Source: an uncultured Bacilli bacterium
Lineage (GTDB): Bacteria; Bacillota_I; Bacilli_A; RF39; UBA660
DNA length: 41,623 bases
Direction of reading: 5' to 3'
Assembly (NCBI GenBank): GCA_934130265.1
Contig: CAKOYC010000001.1
Location: forward strand, 1-41,623
How positions within the stretch are numbered: position 1 is the stretch's first letter; every line of letters begins with the position of its first letter. This document shows positions 18,212 through 27,887 of the stretch, in pieces. A program made the translations under genes and the position numbers. Under the pieces are notes generated by a model. That model was not told the origin of the DNA, made no database searches, and saw only the letters and a list, made by a program, of their open reading frames with translations.

Positions 18212-18240
18212 ATTATAACAAAATAAGAAAAGAAAGTCTA
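18212..18240 (-). promoter_or_regulatory. Candidate sigma-A promoter for rpsF-ssb-rpsR
   Basis: - strand: TAGACT (complement of 18235-18240), 17-nt spacer, extended -10 TGTTATAAT (complement of 18212-18220). Confidence 0.5.
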
Positions 18241-18291
18241 CTTAATTTTGCACAATATGTGATTTTTCTAAATTAAATAATTTTTCTTTTA

Positions 18292-19392
18292 TTAATTATT
18301 AAATCTAAAGTGACAAATATCTCCATCTTGCATTATATAATCTTTTCCTTCTATTCTAGCTTTTCCTGCTTCCCTAGTTTTTAACTCACTACCATATTCC
18401 ATTAAATCATCATAACTAATAACTTCAGCTTTGATAAATCCTTTTTCAAAGTCTGTATGAATAATACCTGCGCATTTCTTAGCATTCATACCTTTCTTAA
18501 AAGTCCAAGCCCTTACTTCATCTTTACCTACTGTAAAATAAGTAGCTAAACCTAGTAAATCATAAGTTGCAGAAATTAATTGCTCTAGTCCACTATTTTC
18601 CATTCCCAAAGCTTCTAACATATCTTTTTTATCTGTATCACTTAATTCACTTAGTTCTTCTTCAATCTTAGCACATAAAACAACTACAGAAGCATTTTCT
18701 TTCTTAGCATACTCTTTAACTTCTTTTACATAAGAATTATCTTCTAAACCTATCATACTTTCATCTATATTAGCTACATATATAATTGGTTTTATTGTTA
18801 AGAAATTATAAGATTTTAGTATTTTTAATTCATCATCTTTAAAGTCTATATGTCTTACTGGTTGATTTTCTTCAAGAGTAGTTTTTATCTTCTCCAATAA
18901 TTCATATTCTAACTTTTCTTGTTTATCCTTACTCATTAAAGCTCTTTTACTGATTTTTCCTAAACGATTAGTAACCATTTCCAAATCACTAATAATAAGC
19001 TCTAGATTAATAGTTTCTAAATCTCTTATTGGATCAACATTACCATCTACATGAATTATTTTTCCATTATCAAAACATCTAACTACTTCTACTATAGCAT
19101 CAGTTTCTCTTATATGTGATAAAAATTTATTTCCTAATCCTTCCCCTTTACTAGCTCCTCTAACAAGACCTGCAATATCTGTAAATTCATAACTAGTAGG
19201 GATAGTCTTCTTAGGTTCATACATTTCTGTTAGTCTATCAAGACGAACATCTTTAACATTAACTACTCCCACATTAGGATCAATTGTTGCAAATGGATAA
19301 TTTTCTGCTAAAATATGTTGATTAGTAATTGCATTAAATAATGTACTCTTCCCTACATTTGGTAATCCTATAATACCTGCTTTTAAACTCAT
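18292..19392 (-). CDS. ychF: Redox-regulated/ribosome-binding ATPase YchF
   Basis: 'GIIGLPNVGKSTLFNAIT' P-loop, C-terminal TGS-like 'DGDICHFRFN', 366 aa. Confidence 0.95.
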   Translation of the reverse strand: MSLKAGIIGLPNVGKSTLFNAITNQHILAENYPFATIDPNVGVVNVKDVRLDRLTEMYEPKKTIPTSYEFTDIAGLVRGASKGEGLGNKFLSHIRETDAIVEVVRCFDNGKIIHVDGNVDPIRDLETINLELIISDLEMVTNRLGKISKRALMSKDKQEKLEYELLEKIKTTLEENQPVRHIDFKDDELKILKSYNFLTIKPIIYVANIDESMIGLEDNSYVKEVKEYAKKENASVVVLCAKIEEELSELSDTDKKDMLEALGMENSGLEQLISATYDLLGLATYFTVGKDEVRAWTFKKGMNAKKCAGIIHTDFEKGFIKAEVISYDDLMEYGSELKTREAGKARIEGKDYIMQDGDICHFRFNN

Positions 19393-19441
19393 AATAAAAC
19401 TCCTTCCAAAATAAAAAGAAAATAATATAATTTTCTTTCTT

Positions 19442-19470
19442 ATTTTAATCTAATTAAGACAAATTGTCAA
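19442..19470 (-). promoter_or_regulatory. Candidate sigma-A promoter for ychF
   Basis: - strand: perfect TTGACA (complement of 19465-19470), 17-nt spacer, TAAAAT (complement of 19442-19447). Confidence 0.5.
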
Positions 19471-19472
19471 AA

Positions 19473-21068
19473 CTATAATGTTGGATAAACTCCCGGACCT
19501 ATTGGTAAGCCTATTAAATACCAACCTATTGTTAATAAAATCCAAGAAATTGAAATTATTGTAAAGTATGGCATAACATATGCTAATGCTTGATGAATAG
19601 TTATTGGTTTTGACTTATCTTTATTATATATATTTAAGTACCCTATATATATGGCAAAAGCAGCTAATAGTGGAGTAATACCTGCAGTCATTGAATCACC
19701 TGCTCTTAGAATAAACTGAGCAAATTGTGGTGATATATTAGCTTGCATCATAGCTGGTACCATAACTGGTGCAAAGATTTGCCATTTACTAGATGGTGTT
19801 GTAACAAATATATTAGCTATGGCTATTAATACTAAGGAAACAATTATAAGTGGTAATGCACTAAAGGAAACACTTCCTAAGATATTAGCACCCCAAGTAG
19901 CTATTATTGTTCCAATGTTAGTCTCTCTAAAAATAGAAATAAACTGACTTGCTACAAATAGTAGCATAACCATCTCTGCACTTGATGTAAATATTTTTTC
20001 ACAACCATATATTAAGTCTTTATCATTCTTTATTGACTTAGCACCTATTCCATAAGCAATACTTGTAAGGATAAATAATAAACTTATCATATAGGTAAAT
20101 CCATCTTGGAAATAGGAATTAGTACCAAATAATTGGCCTAAATAAGTATCTTCACTCATATCTAGTAACATACCACTAGATGGTAAATTAGGTATTATCA
20201 TATAAATAAAAGCTATTATAACTACTATTGCTATAATCAAAGCATATTTAAGTCCTGCTTTTTCTTTCTTTTCTTTAGCAATTCTTTCTTGTTCTATTTC
20301 TTCTTCATCTACTACGGTTAACTCTTCTGTTTTAACATTTTCTTGATTATCTTTATATTTACCTAATCTCTTAACTATTATACTTTCTACAATTACAGTT
20401 CCAATAATTGAAAGTAAAACTGAAAAGGCAATTATTATAATTAAGTTGGATGTTAAACTAATATGAGTACTTTTATCTATTAATCTAGCCGCTGATGTTG
20501 TATAAGGAATTAAATTAACTTCCATTGAACCTACAAATAAACTTATAGCAGAGCCAAAACTAACTCCACAAAAAGCTGCTACTATTCCTGCAAATGGATT
20601 TCTGTTATTTGCTTGAAATATTATTGCTGATAAAGGTATTAGTAAAACATAACCTATATCATTTATCAAAGAAGAAATAGTTGCTAGAAAAATAATAATA
20701 AACGTAACTATTCTCTTATCCATTTTCTTTATTTTTCTTGAAATAAATGTATCAAGAAAACCAGTTGATGATGATACACCTAATCCAATTAAAGTAAGCA
20801 CCAACATACCAAATGGAGCAAATGATAAAAAATTGCGTAATGCATTACTAAAAATAAATTTCATCCCATCAAAAGTCAACATATTTTTTACTGCAACTAA
20901 AACACTTTCCAATTCATAATTAGAAGTATTAACTTTACTATAAGTTCCTTGCATTTGCAAAGCTGATAAAATAGCACTTGCTAATATTGTTAATATAGTC
21001 AAAAAAATAAAAACTGTAATAGGATGAAAATAAAATTTCTTAAGTTTCAGTTTTTTCTTGTCCTTCAT
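19473..21068 (-). CDS. AbgT-family (p-aminobenzoyl-glutamate transporter-like) membrane transporter
   Basis: 531 aa, polytopic. The N-terminal 'HP' motif before TM1 and the overall size and organisation resemble the AbgT/YdaH family. Recognised by eye only. Confidence 0.6.
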   Translation of the reverse strand: MKDKKKLKLKKFYFHPITVFIFLTILTILASAILSALQMQGTYSKVNTSNYELESVLVAVKNMLTFDGMKFIFSNALRNFLSFAPFGMLVLTLIGLGVSSSTGFLDTFISRKIKKMDKRIVTFIIIFLATISSLINDIGYVLLIPLSAIIFQANNRNPFAGIVAAFCGVSFGSAISLFVGSMEVNLIPYTTSAARLIDKSTHISLTSNLIIIIAFSVLLSIIGTVIVESIIVKRLGKYKDNQENVKTEELTVVDEEEIEQERIAKEKKEKAGLKYALIIAIVVIIAFIYMIIPNLPSSGMLLDMSEDTYLGQLFGTNSYFQDGFTYMISLLFILTSIAYGIGAKSIKNDKDLIYGCEKIFTSSAEMVMLLFVASQFISIFRETNIGTIIATWGANILGSVSFSALPLIIVSLVLIAIANIFVTTPSSKWQIFAPVMVPAMMQANISPQFAQFILRAGDSMTAGITPLLAAFAIYIGYLNIYNKDKSKPITIHQALAYVMPYFTIISISWILLTIGWYLIGLPIGPGVYPTL

Positions 21069-21255
21069 ATAACTCCTCTTTTACTTTCTTAATCTTTTTA
21101 TTTAATTCAATTCTTGGAATTAATACTGTTCTACCACAATTACAACACTTAAGTTTAATATCAACTCCAAGACGTACTACCTCCCATTCATTAGTTCCAC
21201 AGGGGTGTCCTTTTTTTAGAATTAAATGAGTTCCTACTTGATAATTATTATTCAT
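21040..21255 (-). CDS. DUF951 (YyzM-like) small protein
   Basis: 'GTHLILKKGHPCGTNEWEVVRLGVDIKLKCCNCGRTVLIPR' matches the DUF951 pattern. Its position near ychF matches B. subtilis. Confidence 0.7.
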   Translation of the reverse strand: MNNNYQVGTHLILKKGHPCGTNEWEVVRLGVDIKLKCCNCGRTVLIPRIELNKKIKKVKEELYEGQEKTET

Positions 21256-22051
21256 TATGCACCTCTACTTGTGGATATGGTATCTTAATTCCTGCTTCAT
21301 CTAAAGCTAATTTAAAGTCTTTTTTCATCTTTCTTTCAACAGCAAAGTTTTTATTAGACTTAGTTTTTAAAACAATTCTATAAACTACTGCTGAATCATC
21401 TAATTTTTCTACTCCCCATAACTCACACTTACCTTTTAGATTATCGTAAGTCTTATTAATTTTTTCCATAGTAGCATTTATAACTTTTTCTACTTCATTT
21501 AAATCACTTTCGTAACTTACTGATATATCTACTACTGCTAAAGAAGGATTCAAACTATAATTAATTACTTCATTTATAGTATGATTAGAAATAATCTTAA
21601 CTGCTCCTTTATAGTCTTTTATTCTAGTAGTTTTAAGTCCCATAGAAATAACGTCTCCCCTAAATCCATTGATAGATACGTTATCTCCTATTTCAAATTG
21701 GTCTTCTAAAAGAATAGCTAGTCCTGCTAAAAAGTCTTTTGCTACATCTTGAAATGCTAAAGAAAGGACAGCAGTAGCAATACCGATTCCAGCAAATATT
21801 TTACTAACATCTACATGATATAATGAAAGAATAGATAACATTGTTATAATAATTATTAAATACTTAACAAAATTTACAATAATACTCTTTGATGTTTCTA
21901 GTTTTCGACGATGCTTTGATGATACATTATTTTTAATTAAGGCTTGTTGTAAAATAAAATTTAATATTCTATAAATAATATATGCTACAGCAATATAAAT
22001 AATTGGTTTTAAAATGTACAAGAAAATTTCTGAATCTAAAAATTCTTTCAC
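21248..22051 (-). CDS. Small-conductance mechanosensitive channel (MscS family)
   Basis: Three N-terminal TM segments, then 'FEIGDNVSINGFRGDVISMGLKTTRIKDYKGAVKIISNHTI', typical of the MscS beta domain. Confidence 0.85.
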   Translation of the reverse strand: MKEFLDSEIFLYILKPIIYIAVAYIIYRILNFILQQALIKNNVSSKHRRKLETSKSIIVNFVKYLIIIITMLSILSLYHVDVSKIFAGIGIATAVLSLAFQDVAKDFLAGLAILLEDQFEIGDNVSINGFRGDVISMGLKTTRIKDYKGAVKIISNHTINEVINYSLNPSLAVVDISVSYESDLNEVEKVINATMEKINKTYDNLKGKCELWGVEKLDDSAVVYRIVLKTKSNKNFAVERKMKKDFKLALDEAGIKIPYPQVEVHNE

Positions 22052-22071
22052 TATATCACTTCCTTTTATTA

Positions 22072-22953
22072 TTATTTATCTAATTGCATAATCTCAAGTA
22101 TTCTTGCTAAATCTGCTGCATTTTCAAATTTAATTTCTATTTTGTTTTTCTTGATTTTTACTCTTGTTCCTAATTTATCACACAAAGTACTTGCTATATA
22201 ACTATATTCTGAATCACTGGCTTCTCTTCTTCTAATTTCTTTTTTTCTATGAAAATCCACTGGTGAATTAGTCATATCTTCTAGTTGTCTAACACTAAGT
22301 TTTTTAACTACTACATCATTAGCTAGTTTCTTTATTTGTTCTTTATCATCTAATTTACTTAGTATTCTAGCATGTCCCATAGATATTTCTTTTGTAATTA
22401 TCATATCTTTTACTTCTTCTGGTAAAGTCAATAATCCCATCATATTTGTAACATGACTACGGCTTTTCCCTACTTTTTTAGATAGTTCTTCTTGAGTTAA
22501 GTTCAACTCTTGTTGTAATCTCTTATAAGCCATAGCTTCTTCCATAGCATTTAAATCTTCTCTTTGAAGGTTTTCAAGTAATGCTATTTCCATCATTTGT
22601 TCATCAGTTAAATCTTTTACAATAGCTGGTATTTTATCAAGTCCTGCCATTCTACTAGCAAGCACTCTTCTTTCTCCTGCTACTATTTCATATCCTTTTA
22701 TACTTTTCTTAGCGATAATTGGTTGAAAGACACCATGTTCTTTAATTGAATTAGATAACTCTTGTAATGCTTCTTCATCAAAAGTTTTTCTCGGTTGATA
22801 AGGATTACTACGCAATTGGTCTAAATCTAAATCAACAATTTCATTTTTAGGGGTAGATTCTATAATTTTTTCTTCCACTTTATTTATATCTATTTGCTCT
22901 GTATTGAATAACTCTTCTAATCCTTTTCCTAAGGCTCTTCTTTTAGTTTCCAT
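22072..22953 (-). CDS. spo0J: Chromosome partitioning protein ParB/Spo0J
   Basis: 'RRALGKGLEELF', 'NPYQPRKTFDE', 'IVAGERR', and HTH 'GKSRSHVTNMMGLL...ISMGHARIL'. Start set at ATG 22951-22953 (METKRR). Confidence 0.9.
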   Translation of the reverse strand: METKRRALGKGLEELFNTEQIDINKVEEKIIESTPKNEIVDLDLDQLRSNPYQPRKTFDEEALQELSNSIKEHGVFQPIIAKKSIKGYEIVAGERRVLASRMAGLDKIPAIVKDLTDEQMMEIALLENLQREDLNAMEEAMAYKRLQQELNLTQEELSKKVGKSRSHVTNMMGLLTLPEEVKDMIITKEISMGHARILSKLDDKEQIKKLANDVVVKKLSVRQLEDMTNSPVDFHRKKEIRRREASDSEYSYIASTLCDKLGTRVKIKKNKIEIKFENAADLARILEIMQLDK

Positions 22954-23728
22954 TACGATCAATCACTTCCTTTGCTAAATTTAAATAAGCTTCGCTTCCC
23001 TTACTCTTAGGGTCATATACTATTATTGGTTCCCCATGACTTGGTGCTTCTGTTAATCTTATTAGTCTTGGAATAATAGTATTATAAACTTTTTCTTTAA
23101 AGAATTTTCTTATATCTTCTACTACCTCAAATCCTAAATTAGTTCTAGAGTCTAACATAGTTAGTAAAACTCCTTCTATATCTAAATTAGGATTTAATTG
23201 TTTTTGTGCAAGTCTTATAGTATTTAGTAACTGCATAATTCCTTCTAGGGCAAAGAATTCACATTGAACTGGGATAATCACTGAATCACTAGCAGTTAAA
23301 GCATTTGTTGTAATAAGTCCTAAAGATGGAGGACAATCTATAATGATAAAATCAAAATTATCTTTTATATCTTCCAAATGTTGTTTTAGTTGAGCTCCTT
23401 TTGCAAATCCAGGTTCTTGTTGACTCTTTTCTAATAGTTCAATATCAAGCCCTGCTAAATTTATAGTAGCTGGCAAAACATATAATTGTTTATACTTAGT
23501 CTTTATCATAGCTTCCACACAAGTACATCTTCCTGTTAATACATCATAAATACTGTTGTTTATATCTCCTTTATTTATTCCAACTCCAGTTGTTGTGTTT
23601 CCCTGTGGATCCAAATCAATTAATAAAACCCTTTTTCCTAAATATGCAAGAGAAGCAGATAAATTAATACTAGTAGTAGTCTTTCCTACTCCTCCCTTTT
23701 GATTTACTAATGATATGACTTTTCCCAT
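22943..23728 (-). CDS. soj: Chromosome partitioning ATPase ParA/Soj
   Basis: 'MGKVISLVNQKGGVGKTTTSINL' deviant Walker A. Start set at ATG 23726-23728. Confidence 0.93.
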   Translation of the reverse strand: MGKVISLVNQKGGVGKTTTSINLSASLAYLGKRVLLIDLDPQGNTTTGVGINKGDINNSIYDVLTGRCTCVEAMIKTKYKQLYVLPATINLAGLDIELLEKSQQEPGFAKGAQLKQHLEDIKDNFDFIIIDCPPSLGLITTNALTASDSVIIPVQCEFFALEGIMQLLNTIRLAQKQLNPNLDIEGVLLTMLDSRTNLGFEVVEDIRKFFKEKVYNTIIPRLIRLTEAPSHGEPIIVYDPKSKGSEAYLNLAKEVIDRNGN

Positions 23729-23801
23729 TTTTATCACTCGCTTCTTTTCATAACTCTATTTAATTGTATCAGAAATAGCTTATTATGAAAATAATTTTTA
23801 G

Positions 23802-23826
23802 GAAAAAAAGTAGATTTCTCTACTTT
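23802..23826 (-). terminator. Rho-independent terminator after the noc-like gene
   Basis: - strand: AAGTAGA-GAAA-TCTACTT (7-bp stem, 23808-23825) followed by a run of seven T. Confidence 0.6.
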
Positions 23827-23828
23827 AA

Positions 23829-25304
23829 CTATTCTTCATTTTTGGCTATCTTAATAACTATTTGATAATTCTTTTCAAAGTTCATTTCTTCACTTTCTAC
23901 TTTAAATCCTGATTGTTCTATTCTTTTAACAGCATCACGCACTACATTTAAACAATCATTAAAATCAAGTTTTGGTATTTCTTGTCCTTCTTCAATCTTC
24001 TTACCCATTATTTTTTCTACATCATCAGAGAAAATTGGATTATGAGCAAATGGATTGTTATATGTATCTAAATAAGGTACTTCATTCTTTTCTTCTACTT
24101 GATTTTCTCCTCTATTTACATTTAATAAACTATCAGGAGTAGGTGTATTATTAGTTGGTGTAACACTAGATGATAACAAAGCATCAAGAGCTGATTGATT
24201 ATTGTTAGAAGGCATAGAAGCCTGAGAAGTTTGTCCACCACTTACGCTAGAATCATCTGAATCCGGTTGAAAGAATTTAAAATTACTATTCATACTTTGT
24301 TCAGGTTGAACATCACCAGTTGGATTTACTTTTAATAGACTATCCATATCCATAGATGGTTTCTCTTCCTTAACATTAATATCTTGAGCATTATTTCTAA
24401 GTTCATCTAAATTAAGTTCTGAACTAGCTGTACTCTTTAGTAATGGATCTTGTATATCGGCTATTTTCTCATCTCCATAATCTATAAATTTAGGAGGTGT
24501 ACTATAATCAATATCTATATCACTATTATTAGGCATTGAGGTATTAATAGAAGGATTAGACGTAGGTACTACTTTAGCAGAATTATTATTATCTAAGTTT
24601 AGATTTGGTAAACTTGGAACATTAACACTAGTATTTTCATTTACTGATACTGGTTCTCTATTTAATAATTTTTCTATATCTGCTGTAGCAATTTTTTCCT
24701 TAGGTTTAGGATTAATCTCCTCTTCTAATTCTCTAACTGTCATTTTATTAGCTATTATTTTGTTAAGTAATTGTTTTTGTTTTTCTTGGTTATCTACTGC
24801 TAATAAGGCTCTAGCATGACGTTCTGATATTTTTTCTTTTAGTAAAGCATCTTGAACATCATCAGATAAAGATAATAATCTTAGTTTATTAGCAACAGCA
24901 CTCTGACTTTTACCCATAGTTTTAGCTAATTCCTCTTGAGTCATCTGGTCTAACTCTAAGATTTTTTGATAAGTTCTAGCTTCTTCTATTGGATTTAGAT
25001 TCTTTCTTTGTAAATTTTCAAGTAGAGCTACTTTACTACTTTCTTTATCATCTAAATTACGAACAATAGCTGGTATTTTAGTAAGTCCTGCTAAAGCACT
25101 TGCTTTATATCTACGTTCTCCTGCAATAATTTCATATTTATTTCCTATATTACGAACAATTATAGGTTGAATCACCCCATGTTCTTTGATAGAAACAGCT
25201 AATTCTTTTAAGGCTTTTTCATCAAATACTTGTCTTGGTTGAAATCTATTTGGAATTATATCATCTAAATATAAATATACAACTTCATTTTCATTATTCT
25301 GCAT
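23829..25304 (-). CDS. noc: Noc-type ParB-family protein (nucleoid occlusion protein homologue) with a long internal low-complexity insertion
   Basis: 'IIPNRFQPRQVF', 'IIAGERR', HTH 'GKSQSAVANKLRLL' and 'ISERHARAL' are Noc-like as I recall the B. subtilis sequence. C-terminal 'SGFKVESEEMNFEKNYQIVIKIAK' resembles the Noc C-terminal domain. Its position between rsmG and soj matches B. subtilis noc. Confidence 0.8.
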   Translation of the reverse strand: MQNNENEVVYLYLDDIIPNRFQPRQVFDEKALKELAVSIKEHGVIQPIIVRNIGNKYEIIAGERRYKASALAGLTKIPAIVRNLDDKESSKVALLENLQRKNLNPIEEARTYQKILELDQMTQEELAKTMGKSQSAVANKLRLLSLSDDVQDALLKEKISERHARALLAVDNQEKQKQLLNKIIANKMTVRELEEEINPKPKEKIATADIEKLLNREPVSVNENTSVNVPSLPNLNLDNNNSAKVVPTSNPSINTSMPNNSDIDIDYSTPPKFIDYGDEKIADIQDPLLKSTASSELNLDELRNNAQDINVKEEKPSMDMDSLLKVNPTGDVQPEQSMNSNFKFFQPDSDDSSVSGGQTSQASMPSNNNQSALDALLSSSVTPTNNTPTPDSLLNVNRGENQVEEKNEVPYLDTYNNPFAHNPIFSDDVEKIMGKKIEEGQEIPKLDFNDCLNVVRDAVKRIEQSGFKVESEEMNFEKNYQIVIKIAKNEE

Positions 25305-25345
25305 TACTATCCCTCACTTTATTCTTTCTAATCTTCCTATGATAT

Positions 25346-25354
25346 CATTATAAC
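25346..25354 (-). promoter_or_regulatory. Extended -10 element upstream of noc
   Basis: - strand TGTTATAAT (complement of 25346-25354) in the rsmG-noc gap. No good -35 was identified. Confidence 0.35.
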
Positions 25355-25379
25355 ATCAAAAGAGTAATTAATCTAGCAA

Positions 25380-26024
25380 TTAATTACATTTTATCTTCAA
25401 AATAGTTCTAGTACTTCCCTCTTTTGGTAACTTAAACTCTACTTTTCTATCTAAATGATACCTTTTTCTTTCAATAATTGGTTGGGCCATTACTAATTCT
25501 TCATCTACATTACCTTTCATTGCAACAAAGTAACCATTTTTCTTTACAAGTGGCATAGTCCAAGACAATAACTTAGACAAATTAGCCACTGCTCTTGCAG
25601 TAACAATATCATATTTATTTCCTTTTCTAGCTAAGTCTTCGGCTCTTATATGAATAGCTTCTATACCACTTAGATCTAAGACTTTGATTACTTTATTAAG
25701 ATAATTAACTCTTTTTTGTAAAGCATCTACTAAAGTTATCTCTAAATTTGGATAAAATATTTTTAAGACTAAACCTGGAAAACCAGCACCAGTTCCAACA
25801 TCACATAATGTTAAATTACCAGTTAAATCACAAACTTTAGTTATAGTTAAACTATCATAGAAATGTTTTAAATAAACATCATCTTTGGAAACAATCCTTG
25901 TTAAATTCATCACTTTGTTTTCTTCTATCATTATCTCATATAATTTTTCAAGTTTAGATAATTGTTCTTCTGTTGGATTAATTCCCAATAGTCTTACTTG
26001 TTCCACAAATTCAGCCTCAGTCAT
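25380..26024 (-). CDS. rsmG: 16S rRNA (guanine527-N7)-methyltransferase
   Basis: 'LCDVGTGAGFPGLVLKI' SAM motif. Size and position after mnmG fit RsmG. Confidence 0.92.
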   Translation of the reverse strand: MTEAEFVEQVRLLGINPTEEQLSKLEKLYEIMIEENKVMNLTRIVSKDDVYLKHFYDSLTITKVCDLTGNLTLCDVGTGAGFPGLVLKIFYPNLEITLVDALQKRVNYLNKVIKVLDLSGIEAIHIRAEDLARKGNKYDIVTARAVANLSKLLSWTMPLVKKNGYFVAMKGNVDEELVMAQPIIERKRYHLDRKVEFKLPKEGSTRTILKIKCN

Positions 26025-27882
26025 TTTTTCTTTCCCCTTTTTTCAAATAAACCATTATTATAGCAATATCGGCTGGGTTAACACCACTTATTCTACTTGC
26101 CTGAGCTAATGTTTCTGGTTCTACTGCTTTTAATTTTTCTCTAGCTTCACTTGCAATATTTTTTATATCATCATAAGAAATATTAGCAGGTATCTTTATT
26201 TTTTCTAAGTCTAACAACTTCTTAGTATCTTTTTCTTGTTTTTTAATATACCCTTCATATTGAATTTGTATTTCTACCTCTTCTTTTTCAGCATTTGAAT
26301 AAGGAAATTCTTTAAATTTTTCTATATCATTAAAGGATAATTCTGGCCTTTTTAGCAAGTCATATAGAGTTATACCATCTTTTAAAGGAGAAGTTCCTAA
26401 CTTCTCTAATAATGTATTAGTCTCTTTTGTAGGTGTTATTTTTTCAATCTTTAAAATATTTATTATCTTTTCGATATTACTTTTCTTTTCATTAAATTTC
26501 TTATAAGTATCTTCATCAATTAAACCTATTTGATAACCATAGTCTCTTAATCTCAAATCAGCATTATCATTTCTTAATAGTAATCTATACTCTGCTCTTG
26601 AGGTTAAAAGTCTATAAGGATCTTTTACTCCTTTAGTTACTAAATCGTCAATTAATACACCTATATATGATTCACTTCTATTAAGAATCAAGGGCTCTTT
26701 CCCTTCTATTTTTAGACTGGCATTTATTCCTGCAATTAATCCTTGACCAGCAGCTTCTTCATAACCACTTGTTCCATTGATTTGACCAGCTGTATAAAGT
26801 CCTTCAATTAGTTTTGTTTCAAGACTACGTTTAATTTGTTTAGAGTCAATAGCATCATACTCTATTGCATAGGCATATCTTAAAATCTTAGCATTTTCTA
26901 ACCCTTTTAAGCTATGAACCATTTCTTCTTGAACATACTCAGGCATACTTGTCGAAAATCCCTGTAAATATATATCATCATATGATAAACTTTCTGGTTC
27001 TAAAAACAATTGATGACGTTCTTTATCACTAAATCTTACTACTTTATCTTCTATTGATGGACAATATCTTGGACCTACTCCTTCAACATAACCACCATAC
27101 ATACTAGATTCTTTTAAATGTTCTTTTATAATTTCATGAGTTTTACTATTGGTATAAACTAAATGACAAGGTATTTGATAGTGATATGCTAAAGCATCGT
27201 TGTTATCATAAGAAAAAGTTAAATTTTCTTTACTACCTTCCTCTATCGCTACTTTATCAAAGTCTATACTACTTCTTTCAATTCTTGGAGGGGTACCAGT
27301 TTTTAATCTCTTAATAGTAAATCCTAATTCTTTTAATTTAGTACTTAAAAATTTACTTTCTTTCTCTCCATGAGGTCCTTCAGACTTTTTCTTACTACCT
27401 ATTAAAATAGAACTTCTTAAATAAGTACCAGTAGTTAATATTACCGCTTTAGCATTGATTTCTGTTCCATCAGCTAAAATAACTCCACCAATCTTGCCAT
27501 CTTTAACTATTAAATTTTCAACAAAAGCTCCCATTAAATCTAAATTTTCTTGATTCTTTAGAGTCTTTTGCATTTCCTTTTTATATAAAATTTTATCGGC
27601 TTGAGCTCGCAAAGCTTGAACTGCTTTTCCTTTTTTAGTATTTAATATTTTCATCTGAAGAGAACTTTTATCAGTATTTTTAGCCATCTCTCCACCTAAA
27701 GCATCTATTTCTCTTACCACTATACCTTTAGCCGGACCTCCTATAGAAGGATTACAAGGCATATCAGCAATATTATCTAAATTTCCACTTATTAATAATG
27801 TCTTATGATTCTTTCTAGCACAAGCAAGAGCAGCTTCACAACCAGCATGACCTCCTCCTACTACAATTATTTCATAATTCAT
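26017..27882 (-). CDS. mnmG: tRNA uridine 5-carboxymethylaminomethyl modification enzyme MnmG (GidA)
   Basis: 'YEIIVVGGGHAGCEAALACAR' FAD motif. 621 aa. Confidence 0.97.
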   Translation of the reverse strand: MNYEIIVVGGGHAGCEAALACARKNHKTLLISGNLDNIADMPCNPSIGGPAKGIVVREIDALGGEMAKNTDKSSLQMKILNTKKGKAVQALRAQADKILYKKEMQKTLKNQENLDLMGAFVENLIVKDGKIGGVILADGTEINAKAVILTTGTYLRSSILIGSKKKSEGPHGEKESKFLSTKLKELGFTIKRLKTGTPPRIERSSIDFDKVAIEEGSKENLTFSYDNNDALAYHYQIPCHLVYTNSKTHEIIKEHLKESSMYGGYVEGVGPRYCPSIEDKVVRFSDKERHQLFLEPESLSYDDIYLQGFSTSMPEYVQEEMVHSLKGLENAKILRYAYAIEYDAIDSKQIKRSLETKLIEGLYTAGQINGTSGYEEAAGQGLIAGINASLKIEGKEPLILNRSESYIGVLIDDLVTKGVKDPYRLLTSRAEYRLLLRNDNADLRLRDYGYQIGLIDEDTYKKFNEKKSNIEKIINILKIEKITPTKETNTLLEKLGTSPLKDGITLYDLLKRPELSFNDIEKFKEFPYSNAEKEEVEIQIQYEGYIKKQEKDTKKLLDLEKIKIPANISYDDIKNIASEAREKLKAVEPETLAQASRISGVNPADIAIIMVYLKKGERKND

Positions 27883-27887
27883 CTAAA

